Positions 27,381 to 39,943 of a stretch of DNA of 64,000 nt are shown here, in pieces (the stretch's first letter is position 1; every line of letters starts with the position of its first letter). This stretch comes from Potamilus streckersoni (lineage: Eukaryota), in contig JAEAOA010000900.1 in the NCBI GenBank assembly GCA_016746295.1, positions 2,554,807 through 2,618,806 on the forward strand, written 5' to 3'. The position numbers were made by a program, and so were the translations under genes. The notes below the pieces were generated by a model. It did not search any database. It was not told the DNA's origin and worked only from the letters and a program-made list of their open reading frames with translations.

Positions 27381-28787
27381 GATTTGAGATCTTCTATATA
27401 CGAGTCTTCTATATCACAGAGTCAGGCTTGTACTTATTTAAATACAGCTCTATCAATATGAAGGGATGCACTACCAACGCATGCACAGGGCTCAAAATCA
27501 GTGGTAGTGCGCTAGCCCAAGGCTAGTAGATTTCCTGTCAGACTAGTTACTTTAATAATGTTAATAGTCCGATGGCTAGTAAGTTTCCGTTTATCAAAAG
27601 ACAGCATTTGTTTACACCATTCCTTATAAAGACTTGACTTGCAGATGTCCTGTAGAATCAAAGCAGTGACCATTTTAAACACAGCATAAAATATTAGCAT
27701 GAGAAGATAAAGTTAATATCTGCCTCGGAAAGGGTGCATTTTTATAAAAAGAAGCCATCTGATTTTGTGCATTTCGCTTAACAGCACCAATTTTGGTCCT
27801 GTCATTAACCAACGGAAGTTTGGTAATTGATCCCAATTAATCTTATAATGAATTAAATGAAAAATGATGTGGTATCACACTTTATTCACTCGACCACAGT
27901 AATAAACTACAGAGCGGTATACCATGCAAAAAAACATGGTAAAAACTGTTAAAAGAAATTAATATTTATTACAGTTACTTTTTTGACACATCCTTTCAAT
28001 ACAACTACTTTCTCTATGATCATGAGAACAGATTTTATATTTTGTCCCTTACAATAATGAACAAATAAATGAATACACATGGAGACATCCAAGCAGAATG
28101 CATTTGTTGGGATTTTAAATCTCTTGAGTATGGGCATCTAAGATTTGAAAATTTTTCACCTTATTATTAATTTGAACAATACACTGAGGTCCAATTAATT
28201 AGGAACAAATTACCAAATTTTAGCTAGTACTGTGTGTGTGAGACCATAATTGGAGCTGTTAAATACAATGTGTAGAGTCGGAGGGCTTCATTTGACGGGA
28301 ACACACCTTTTCTAAGCTGACACTAACATTATCTTTTGATGCTAATATTTTATAACATTATTTCCAATAGCCACTGCTTTGATCTGCTAAAGTCAAATTT
28401 TTATTAGGGAGAGGCCATTCAATTAGCAATAAACAATAAAATACACAAAACACTTAATTGATAATAAAAAGAAAGAAACTAACCTGGTGTTATTATAATT
28501 TATTTCTATTCTATCATCATGAGTAATTTATTAAAGAAAAAAAATCGATGAACTACCTATATCACATGCATGATGATGTAGTGTATACACCCATACTGTA
28601 ATGTGCATCACTTATGTCAGATAATACGCAATACATTTTTACAATTGATGTGAATATCGAAAAAACATATCATTATTTGGTTGCACTCCAAGGTTTGAAT
28701 ATGTTATCAGACTGAAAATTGGATCCAAGAAAATCACAAATGAGAGAGAATTAGTAAGGAGAAACATCTTGGAACAGCTTTGCTGCA

Positions 28788-29027
28788 GTGGTTCAGGGCT
28801 TCCTAGGCAATCACAAGGCCAAAAATTATGTGGAGCTGGTTGGGACTATAGTGAAGAATTCTGGCACAATAGGCTGCAGGATGGCCCTCAAAGTTCATAT
28901 ACTTGATGCTCATCTTCATAAATTCAAGAAGAACATGGGAGCACACTGGGAGGAGCAAGATGAGTGTTTCATCAGGATATACTGGACTTTGAACATTGCT
29001 ACCAAGGACAGTATAATGAGAACATGA
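28788..29027 (+). mobile_element. Transposase-derived ORF fragment carrying the conserved ...LKVH(I/F)LD(A/S)HL..F...GA.S.E.GE.F... motif.
   Basis: The ORF contains ...IGCRMALKVHILDAHLHKFKKNMGAHWEEQDECFIRIY. This motif recurs in transposon-derived ORFs across metazoan genomes. I cannot name the family with certainty. Confidence 0.35.
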
Positions 29028-29458
29028 TGGGAGACTACATTTGGGGGCTGATTCATTAAAGAGATTTACATTATAATCATAAATCTAGAAAAAGTACCAG
29101 TACTCACTTCTAAATCTTTTGTGGTCATTTTTGCATTACTTTAGTATAAAAACATGTTACTTTTGATTCATAACATTATGTGAACGAAAAAACACGAATT
29201 CACTCATTTTCTCATTGGAAATAGGTAAATTTCAAAACATCACTATCCTGGTCGCAAAAGTAAAGTTTGTTGGGAGCAATAGCCATTTTCTATAATTTTT
29301 AGGCATAAGTAATTATGAAATAACACTAACTAACAGGAACATAAATTGTGTTAGATAGTGAAATAAATGTTAAATCATGCAAATATACATAAAGAGTAAT
29401 TGGGAACATAGACCAAATAAGAGAGCCAGCCATCACAAACACAAATATATACATATAC

Positions 29459-29496
<38 letters not shown>

Positions 29497-29499
29497 AAT

Positions 29500-29830
29500 A
29501 CAAATCATATGGCGAATAACAACCCTTTCAAGCATACTGGATCCACCAAGGGATCACGTGTGTCAGGGATTAATTAAAATAGATGCAATAAACTGACAAC
29601 GAACAGTACGAAACTAGTAACTAACTAGTCTAAGCGCTTTCGACTCTTAATGAGTCTATTTCAAAGGCAAATACAAAACATGTATATACGACAAACAAAT
29701 AAACACAAAAACGTTGTGTTTGTAAACCTCTACATGGCTGTCTTCACATGTGCTAAAACTATAAATACAACCAGCTTGTATAGACTAGTTGCGGAAACTG
29801 AAAACGTATAATTTCCTAAAAGTCTACAAG
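29500..29830 (+). repeat. (TA)n-associated repeat, copy C. This is the longest copy. It carries an extra 110-bp 5' segment, aataacaaccctttcaagcatactggatccaccaagggatcacgtgtgtcagggattaattaaaa.
   Basis: A (CATATA)n/(TA)n run at 29443-29500 lies 5' of it. It shares about 250 bp with copies A and B. Confidence 0.75.
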
Positions 29831-30959
29831 AATAAATTGCTCTAGCTTTATAAGGTACCATCTAGGAAGGATAAAATTCTATCAAATGTTTTAAGAAGCA
29901 TAAGCAAATGAAAACAATTTGACAAAGAAAACCATGACAAAAGATATTTTCTCATCTTTGCTCACTATCGTCCATCAATTGACTTCACTCCTCATCAGAA
30001 TTTGGCATCAATTCTCGGCATACATGTATTTACATAGGTGAAATAGTATCTACTTTGCCATTAGATGCAGCTGGAAGAAACTGAGCCAATCAGATCCCTT
30101 GTTACATCACATATATGTTTCTCTAATTTCTAAGTGACTTTTCATTCTGAGATAAAGCATGTGGGCATCATAGAAATCACCCAAATGAAAAATGAACAGG
30201 TTGCAAAATGAGATTCTCATGGGTTAATTTATTTCTTTTGTTATGATATTGACCCATTTTTTTCTGCAAGAGAGCACTTTATCAAACAAGCTAAATGAGT
30301 CAAAGGTTGACATGGAACAAAGTGGATTGATAATCTTTAGCCAACAAAAACTACAATTAATATAATTAAGACTTTTTGACCTTATAAAAAGGACAAGCAA
30401 ACATGTTAAAAGAATTTTCTTTGTTTTATAATGATTTATACCATGTATGATGGGCCTCTATCAAGGGGTTTATGAAACATGCAAATTAAAAACTAGGTAC
30501 TTACGCCAGTGTGTGGAGTATAATCAACAATCAACTTATATAATGACAAGTGAATATTTACGTGACTGGGTCCAGCACAACACAGTAGTGGGCAGGTGGA
30601 ATAACTATCATTGGGAGAGGTCCAACTACAAGTCTCTCATTGGACTGCAAAACAAGAGTTTGGGGTCCCACCTCTAATCTGGTAATATTTGTGTTCTGTC
30701 AAAAGAAAATGCATATATTTTGAATATCACGAAAGTAATGATAGAATGAACAATGAAATAATGTAGACTACCCTTACATTTGGTGTTGCTTTAAGATAAG
30801 ATTGGCACATCATTCTCAGTATCTTTCCAAAGTAATCTTATTGTGCAGAAACCATTATGTTTACCATGACCAGGACATCTGACCTTCAGATCCATAAATC
30901 TACAGATCCTTGTATTACCTAAAATGCAAGCCATCTACAAAGACTGGTCAAGAAGGTTG

Positions 30960-31275
30960 CTTTAAAACAGTGTGTGTGATTTGGATTTTTAATACAGCTT
31001 TAAAATATGTTCAGTCATATCACTACACTATCTGCAGTGTGACAGTTTATAGTGATGTTTAGAACTTGGGCAATATGCCGCAGACATGTAGCATTATGTC
31101 CTGCACAGTCACATTATTCTGACACCAGGCTAACCAGTCCTAACATTGACCTCTTAATGCTGAATGCCAAGTGAGACAGCTGCAAGTATCATTTTTTAAA
31201 AAGTCTTTGGTATGACTAGGTTGGGGTTAAAACCTGTGACCTCCTGCATCCAAGACTGATGCTCTAACCACTTAG
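30960..31275 (-). mobile_element. SINE family 1 copy.
   Basis: About 85-90% identical to 23935-24262. Confidence 0.8.
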
Positions 31276-31299
31276 GCCACTGGAGAGGTAGAAAATATG

Positions 31300-31465
31300 T
31301 TATTCTTCAAAACTAATTTTCCTTTGGGTCACTATGACCATGAATCCCAAGTGAGACAGCTGCAATTACCATTTTTTAAAAAGTCTTTAGTATGACTAGG
31401 TTGGGGTTAAAACCTGTGACCTCCTGCATCCAATACAGATGCTCTAACCACTTAGTCCACTGGAG
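31300..31465 (-). mobile_element. Tandem partial second copy of the SINE family 1 head region.
   Basis: A unit of about 180 bp is repeated head-to-tail with 31150-31300. Each copy ends in aatatgttattcttcaaaactaattttcctttgggtcac. Confidence 0.7.
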
Positions 31466-33789
31466 CAGTAGACAATATGTTATTCTTCAAAACTAATTTT
31501 CCTTTGGGTCACAATGACTGTGACCCTCAAATCAAAAGATTTCTTCAATACCAGAAGTGCAAGCCCAACACAAACTTTGGTGAAAAGACTAAAGTTATTA
31601 TGCAAAAATGTTTTTTTTTCTTTAAATGTTTTCAATCACAATGACCTTGACATTCAACTTTTTGACCCAAAATCAATAGACTTCTTTCTTACCACAAAGT
31701 GAAAAGATACCCAAAGTTTGGTTCAGATATTAATTATTAAAACTGGGCATTTAAAAACAAATATGTATTTTTTCTGTGTTGCTTAAGACTCAGTCAAATA
31801 AACAATTTAATAATGCCATGTCTTGATAGAATTATCAATTTCAACAGATGCATTTATGTGTTAGATATACAGTCTGCTTGTTATGACCATATCTAGACAT
31901 ATGCAAGGATTACTCATCTTGAATAAAAATATAACATTTAAAAATTGGATATAACTATCATTTGCTCCCCCAAGATATTCAATAAATTTCTGTCTGTACA
32001 CATATTACCATTTACAAACTTAAATTATACCTTTTTATAAATACTTTTAAATGCATTGTTTGCTCATTTTTTAATATTTAAAGAATGCAGACTCTGATAA
32101 AGATTGCTGATAGATGATCTACTTAACACATCATTGAGGTATTCAAGCAGTGTCCCTAACAACTGTTTGAATAAATGAGCATACAAATTTCCATCCCAGA
32201 GTTTTATTATTGTACTGTATTACTTCCCATCGTCACTCAACATCGCATTTTCAAAAACTGTGTTCTGCTATACAATTCTTATAGAACAGCCTTATAGACA
32301 ATTAAATATTCATTACAGTTTTCAAAGTCAAGTAAACATTAGTAAACAATAAGTATGATACATATGCAATTTAGTGTTGAAGAAAACTACCATCCACATG
32401 CATTTCCCACCACCCGCTGGGTTGGAAGTCTTTTCTTCTGATTTTTTTTTCTATCTCATTTTAGATTCCTAGACAGTTATGTAGTGGTAAAGTTAGAGAA
32501 AACAAAAGTTCATTCAACTCAGCATTGTGAATAGCTTACATAATTTTCATAATTAACATCTTAAAATATAGATTCAATCAATGAACATATTTGTGCACAA
32601 ATATTTCAACACTGTTTGTTTTACTTTACTCATATCATTACCCACTTATTTGATACATGATGAGAAAGACTAAATTGCATACATGCAATCTGCCAGGATG
32701 GTCCTAGAATTAAGGAAGAATACTTTTGTTTTACACAGCACTGAGCAGTAGCTATAACAAGTACCATCTACTTGGACAATTTGTATCACAAAAGGCATTG
32801 AACCTTTTCCTCTGAAGTTGTTCCAATTATTTCATGCTTAATTTCCTCAGAAATTTTGGTAAAGGCCCTACAATTGACAATCTAAATGATATGTTGTATT
32901 TAGGAAATTATTAGGAAATTGTTGTATTTCACAGTTTTTATCTTAATACATTAACCCCTGGGGATTTTTGTTGTTTTCATCTGAAATGCAAGTAGGAAAC
33001 ACATTTTGAGAGATTTTTCTGAATATATCCTAATACATTGGCCTCCAAGAGATTTTTGGTTAACCTAATGACTAGTTGTGTTAGAAACATTATTTTTCAT
33101 TGGCTATTTTGCCCATGCATGATCAGAAGGGTAAAAGTTGGAGTTTTTTTTAGCCTAACAGACCCATCATTTTCATATCAAGACTACTCTTTTTTCCAAA
33201 TGCCCATCTTATCCTACTTTTTGCAAAGGTTTACCAATCTGTGTGCAGTTCAAACTGTTCTGTCTAAGATCTGAGACCAAAAACCTTAAAATCCGAACAC
33301 AAAATCAGATTCTGACATGTGATAAATTTAGGGTGGAAAAAACTCAGGTCTAAAAATTGTTTTCACTCTGTATATGTAGTGCAACTAGAACATCCAAATT
33401 ATTTTGGAATCAGCTACATCTGTTTACCTTTCTATAATACTACCCACTTTAATGTATCATAGATGATACTGACGCTAGAGCTTGGAAGTAAGCTACTACC
33501 TCCTGCCACGTAAATGTGGCATTAGGGATTAATGTGTTAACTTTATAAAACTTGAATACGAGACTTAGGATCCTGAATCAGTTACATCCCTTTTTTAATT
33601 TTTTTTCTCCCAAACTTTTTTTTCTCCCCCAAATCAATAAAATTGGTTATGGAAAAACAAGTAGGGTCAGTTGGTAATCATTAACTAAAAATACTTTTTT
33701 ATTTGGTCTAACCACTAAAGACATTCAAAGCATATGTTCCACATCTATCTATGTGAGTTGCTTTTATCATTAAATTTTTGTTGTTGTTG

Positions 33790-33995
33790 TAGGGTTTAAC
33801 ACCATTTTTCAGCACAAGATTGGCTATACATGGTGACCAGTATAACTGGTGAGGAAGAACCCTGGATAACCCTGGGAAGAAGCACTGACCCATGAGAAGC
33901 TCCTGGCAGTTTTTCTCACATACCCAGGTTAGCTGCATCTGAGACTTGAACCCACACAGACAGAGGTGAGAATGCAATGATCTGAAACTCAGCCA
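33790..33995 (-). mobile_element. SINE family 2 partial copy.
   Basis: Shares the ...ctttctcacatacc...gaacccacacagacagaggtgag... core with the other copies. It underlies the spurious 141-aa ORF at 33708-34133. Confidence 0.6.
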
Positions 33996-36900
33996 CCCGA
34001 TTTTATCATTAGAATCGATTAAAACAATAAAATTACATATATAACAGTATCCTTTGAATATGCAGGTACTCTTGACATAAAACATCATATAGAAAGGTAG
34101 ACTAACACTGGTTGTCATGGTAATGGCAAGCATTTCTAAAATACTTGTAATGATAAAAAATGGACTTTATTTTCTTCCATGAAAATTATAAATTTATTTC
34201 AGTCTATAAATTAAAGTTTTTAAAATTATTTTAATGTGCCAGCTTTCAGAGTACACATGATAGTTGAGATTTATATACTATAAGAATAATCTTATCAGTA
34301 AAAAATTAAGTTAACTTAAAATTGCTTTTACTTTATATACTGCATGGGGATACCATTTGTAAGCATGGAATTCCTCCAAAAATATGGATAATGAAGGAAA
34401 ATACAACAATACATTTAGCAACTTTAGTTTGACCAATGTAGTAAACTATGGGTAATCATGAAAGCAAATATAAAAATATCAGAGTTCACTGATAATAATT
34501 TCACAAAAGTAGTTGGAAGAGGCAAATAAATAAAGAATTGTCAAAAACTGCAATCAATACCAATCTTTCTGAACTCCAGTATTGTGAATTAGATCCCATA
34601 TGGTCCTAAAAATTATATCATAAATTTGAAAGTATATAGTTCCAAATGAATATGATTGGTGTTCTGAATGAATTCTTGAATGTGCTGATGTAACAACAGC
34701 CTGGAATAGTGCCGATGTACTACATCTTGATGTATCACAATGACATAATCCAAAATGTCTCTAAATGAATTTACAATAATCCCAAAATAGTGACTTAGTC
34801 TGAAATTATTAATGAGCACTTTGTAATTCCAAAGAATAATTTAAATAAACCGACTCAAAGTAAATCTGAACACAACTAAAAGACTATTTTCACTAGTCAG
34901 ATGTTAAAGCAGGAATGTATGATTGTAATATAAATATCCATAATATAAAACAGAAGTCACAGAGGACCAGGATGACGGTCATCTTAATGGAAGCTTCCAT
35001 CAAACTGTACACTAAGCTCATTTCTGGACTCCTCTAGGGTCAGAATCAGGGCTGCATCTAGAACTCAAAACCAATAAAACAAATTTACCCATAAATAATA
35101 CTGCTAATCTTGATACATAATCCATATTCATAGAAAAAAATTAGCTAATGTTTAAACAAAAAAAATTAGTTAAGCCCAAACTCCAAGTCCCAATTCTGGA
35201 CATAGGTCAATCAAACAATACAAATTAAATATACATAACATAGTCAACTTTACTGTTATAATTTCTGGAACACTATTTGAATGTGCTTTACTTCTTGCCC
35301 TATCTAGTCAGAGTGTGTCAAATATGTGCAGTCTGTGCAACAGGAGCAACTTTTGGTTCTTTACACCTGTAAAAATCCCCAATCAATATTCTGATTTCAA
35401 GAAGTGTTACTTATTGTCTTCATTAAAGTTCCCATCTCATACAATATATTAAAGAAACTAATAAGGAAATTGAAAAGTATTTCCACCATTTCTAGATGGG
35501 CCTTCAAATCAGATATTTGGACCTAAACTGCAGTCAATCCTACCCATATGGAGCTAGAATTTGTAGACTAATGATGCTGGAAATCTTGAACATCTATCTA
35601 TCTATCCTTCTTCTATGAAAGCTGTCTCCTCTTCAGCTGCTGCAGTGTTGGTGGACAAAAAAATAATTTAAAAATTTTTTTTTTTTAGACTTTTGCAACA
35701 ACTTTATGGAAATTATTTCCATATGTGACATGAAGAGAGTAGTATTTATACCCGAGGTGACATTTTATCTGTACCTAAAATTTATTTTCTGAGTAGAGAA
35801 GAACTTACTTCACAAGACATATTTTATCTGTAGATAAAATGTATTTCTTGAGAGTTTAAAATCTTTACTATATTTGCATTTTTACATCTTGCCGAATGTG
35901 TGAAGCTAAAATGACTCTCATGATGTTTATAAGTAATTCAGTTCAAATAAAAACTGCATGAATTATGTCATTTAAGTTCACTGAAATAACTGACATGTCT
36001 TTCTTTCATCAGTTATCAAGGAGTGCATAATTTAGTTTATCTCTGTGTGTATCAGTACTTTTGTGCACACCCAAGAAAGCTGAAAATAAACCAGCTTTGA
36101 AAGTAAGCCTACCTTGAAGAAATGCCATACTATTCCTATGAGACTGTGCTCTAGAAAGCACACCTATTGCAAAAACAATCCCTAATATATTTCAATATTA
36201 AATGTCTTTTTAACATATGGAGAAGCTTATATCTTTGTAATAGGAAGAGAATATTAACTACATGTGATATTTAATTGTAAAACCATGCATCATTTATGAC
36301 AAAACATATTCTTCATCAATTTGGGATTGAAAATATGATTTTAAAATTCTTTATGAAGATTTATTATGTAGAGGCATTAGATTAGATGCACAGACTCGGA
36401 AACTCTTAATTACGCATATTTGGATGCAATTTTTTTTATCTGAGACGCAGAAAATTACCCACACAGGAGTCCTCCATATGTACATTTATGTTGCAAAGAG
36501 GAAAGTTTTTTTGCAAAATAAATATGTTCTAATCACTATGAAAACTGAAGCAATTCTTTTATTTTAGTTTATTGCTGACTTGTTTGATCAGAGGTGGCCG
36601 GCTTGCTTTGATGAAGGTGCATGTGTTATTGAAGGCACCACTAAAGGCTCCCTTTGAAAAACCAAACTAATACCTGTTTGTTATTGCTGAGACAACATCA
36701 AATAATTGTAGAACATTGAGACAATTTTTTAAAAATTTGCTTAGTATATCTCGGTGCTTCAGAGGTAATAAGTTTTCTCTGATGTTGCAGTAAAACTTTT
36801 TTTTTTTAAAAATTGCTGTGTGGTTGACTGTAGTCATTTCACATTTCTGACCTAAGAGGTGGTCGATTGCAGCTAGTCAGTTGTATGGCTATTTTGATTA

Positions 36901-38269
36901 TATTACAGCATACAGTATTACGGCCAGATATCATCATAAGCGGATAATGATATAACAATTCAATGTTATGGTGGTTTGTCAATATGAAATAAAGGATGTG
37001 TTTATGTAACAATTGATTTCAGTGCATTTTTCTTTCCAAATTTGCAGTTTCCTGTCAGGTTCCTTTGAATTTTTCCACTTCAAACTCAATACTGTATTAT
37101 ACCTTTCTTATCAGCCAAAAATGTTGTCGTCAAAAATATCGCCAGATGGTATATTTTGTTGCCAACATGTAAATAAAATCGCAATTTCGGACACTGGCAA
37201 AGCCCATCGTGATCACTGTTTATGATTTCATTTCCGGTTGTTGCCATATAAATATCACCTGCAAACTCTAAATCAAGAGACTTGCATAAAATGATGTTTG
37301 TAAATTTTGACAAGTATTTTGAAGTTAAATGAAAAAAGGATGAAGATTTCAATGAGATTCAGAAATGTGCTAAAGTTGCTAGCACTGATAGTTCGGCATC
37401 AACATTACCCAAGTGTAAGAAAGTATGTGATGCCTGGCTTAGTCAGACTGTGATTTTTGCTGGTGAAATTGGAATGTTTGCTGGTGGGACTCTTATTTTT
37501 ACCAAATTAGGAGTCTTGGACTCCTAGTTTTAAAATCCTAGCGAGACCTCTGACAGAGAATACTTCTACTGTCTACCATTAGTTTTCCCTAAACAAAAAA
37601 TACAAATCCAAAATGAGCTGCCAATGAACATACTTGAAATCAAATGAACAAATATAAATAGAAATGATTAATAAAATCTTGATGTCTATTTCAAAATGTT
37701 CAGGCTCTCTCTCTTTTTCTTTCTCCATGTTGCACCCATGTTGGCTTAGTGGCACAAATGGCTGTCTTTTATTTAGCCTGCTAAACCCCTGCTGGTCCTG
37801 ATGGAAAACTGGTAAGGTTGATTTTACTATGCTGCATACGTAAATTCCACTGGGTTCCAAAGTACAGAACAGGTCAGTGCTGGTTAAAATATATGTAAAT
37901 ATGGTTACTTTTCCATTTGAGATTTTTTCTACACTAGATGCCAACATTTGTCCATCTTCATCATATGATTCCCTCAAGGATGAGGAATCAAGATTTCTTT
38001 TCTACTCTTGGTCTGAGAATGAGACAAAACTGTTGACTGACACTTCTACTTCTGCCCTTCCTATCATAAATCTTATGTCCTTCCTATTGCTACCTTAATG
38101 CCTATACTCTTGACCATGCTCCACACATTACTTAATAGTCAAGTGTGACTGTCGATAGATAATTCCTGCATGACATAAATTAGTTAATTTTACCTTTGTT
38201 TGGAGATGTTCACATGAAAGTTCACCGAATTACAGTTGCTGAGCTGAATGAACTGTTTAAATTGAGAAC

Positions 38270-39850
38270 TGGTCATTCAGTACCCATGTCGTTTTGTACC
38301 CATGTCGTTTTGTACCCAAAGCAATGGTTGTTTCATACCTAGTACTGGTTGTTTCGTACCCAAGATCCTGGTCGTTTTGTACTCAATACTATAGTTTCAA
38401 ATGTTAAAATCAGTCATTAAGCAAAAATGAATAAATTAGAAAATTTATTCAGTAGTTCTCATGGTGGTATACATTATTATTAATTGTCCCTGCTCTTACT
38501 CTCTTTTGTTTGTTAGAATTGACATATGCTCCACTCTTTATTTTTCGTTGTCCAGAAGAAAAACAAAAAAAACATTAAAAAAATGCAGGGGAGAATATTC
38601 TCAGTGTGGGAAGAATACCAGAATGATGTTATCTCCTCCGCAAAATTACTGCAGCAGCACATACGGTCCAACAACTGATTGACAAGGCAAATTAACTGTA
38701 TTATTAGATGATGAATTTTATATTTGAAAACAGAACTGCATAATGTTATTGTTTTCTACATGAATGTAATAAAACTCAGGAATGTACAATTTAATTTAAA
38801 TGTTTTATTCAGGAAAATATATATGCCATAGTACATGGGATGCTGTATTATAAATGTTTCAATATTGGCAGAATCAAAACATACATGCATATCTTCGATG
38901 ATTTAAATACTTAAATACATCATTTTTAAAACAAAGAAGTAAATATATCTAAAATGCAGTGCCAAGCTAAATCTCTTTCTCCGCGTGATTATTTATGTGC
39001 GTTATATTTAGGATGATACCAAAAAAAATCAGATTATGCCAAAAAATGAAAAATATTTTTCGCTAGCCATGAAAAATTATTATTATTTAAAGCAGAGAGA
39101 ATTTCAATTATGCCACTAATTTGTTAGTGTCTTGAGATCAGTGAACATGTCTAAAACTTTGCATAAGTATGCTAATGCAGCCAACAGTCTACCAAAAAAC
39201 TGCTTGGCAGTCTGTTTATTATATCAAGTTCAACACCTTTAAAAGCTGGTGACAAAAATTGAAATTAACACCAGTATTGGTCCTTGTAGAACAGAATCTT
39301 AATCAAGCAACACTGTTTTATCTGCATTCAACACCATCAACCCCATTATTAAAAAATTGCAGAATTTCTAGTTGCTTTGAGAGGATTTTATTTTTTTCAG
39401 TCACATTAGACATTACTAAACAATACCAAGAAGTAGGATAATGTTTGTTAATTTGAATGATAGAAAAAAATTGATTTATTCATTCATTCAAGCCTGGCCA
39501 ACATTTTCTTTTAATTTTTTATGGCAGCAGGAACATTTGTCAATTCATTTTAATACATATATACTATTATACAGTGAAAACAAGACAATTATTGTAATTA
39601 TTTGTGTTAGTTCAATTTATTGCCCAGATTAGGCCTAGAGAGGGAGCAGTAAATATGACAGTAATGTGTATCTGACCTTGCAAATTAATGGGTACGAAAT
39701 GACAAGCACCTTGGGTACAAAACGACCAGGACTTCAGGTACGAGATGACTAGCACCTTGGGTACGAAACGACCAGCACATTGGGTATGAAATGACCAGCA
39801 CCTTGGGTATGAAACAACCAATTTCCACTGGTTATGAAACGATCTGGGTA
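38270..39850. mobile_element. Foldback-like element. Its termini are inverted arrays of 16-22-bp tandem repeats (ctggtcgttt(c/t)gtacc units) and its interior is AT-rich.
   Basis: The left array, 38270-38400, is catgtcgttttgtacc / ctggttgtttcgtacc... The right array, 39690-39850, carries the reverse-complement units ggtacgaaacgaccag... Confidence 0.55.
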
Positions 39851-39859
39851 CAGAATGAC

Positions 39860-39943
39860 CTAGACCAACAAGTAGGTCTCTGCTTTTTTTTTTATCTGAC
39901 AGCTGTCAGATAAAAAAAAGCAGAGACCTACTTGTTGGTCTAG
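39860..39943. repeat. Near-perfect 84-bp palindrome or hairpin: ctagaccaacaagtaggtctctgc(T)10atctgacag|ctgtcagat(A)8gcagagacctacttgttggtctag.
   Basis: I read both arms directly. The only difference between them is T10 versus A8. Confidence 0.9.

Noticed and set aside
33708-34133. The longest ORF in the window, 141 aa on the minus strand.
   Set aside because: It runs through a SINE family 2 copy and AT-rich filler. It has no recognisable domain and no splice-consistent context.
37579-37977. A 132-aa minus-strand ORF.
   Set aside because: It is low-complexity and contains a poly-(KE)/(ER) stretch from a CT-rich tract. It has no homology signal and no flanking splice sites.
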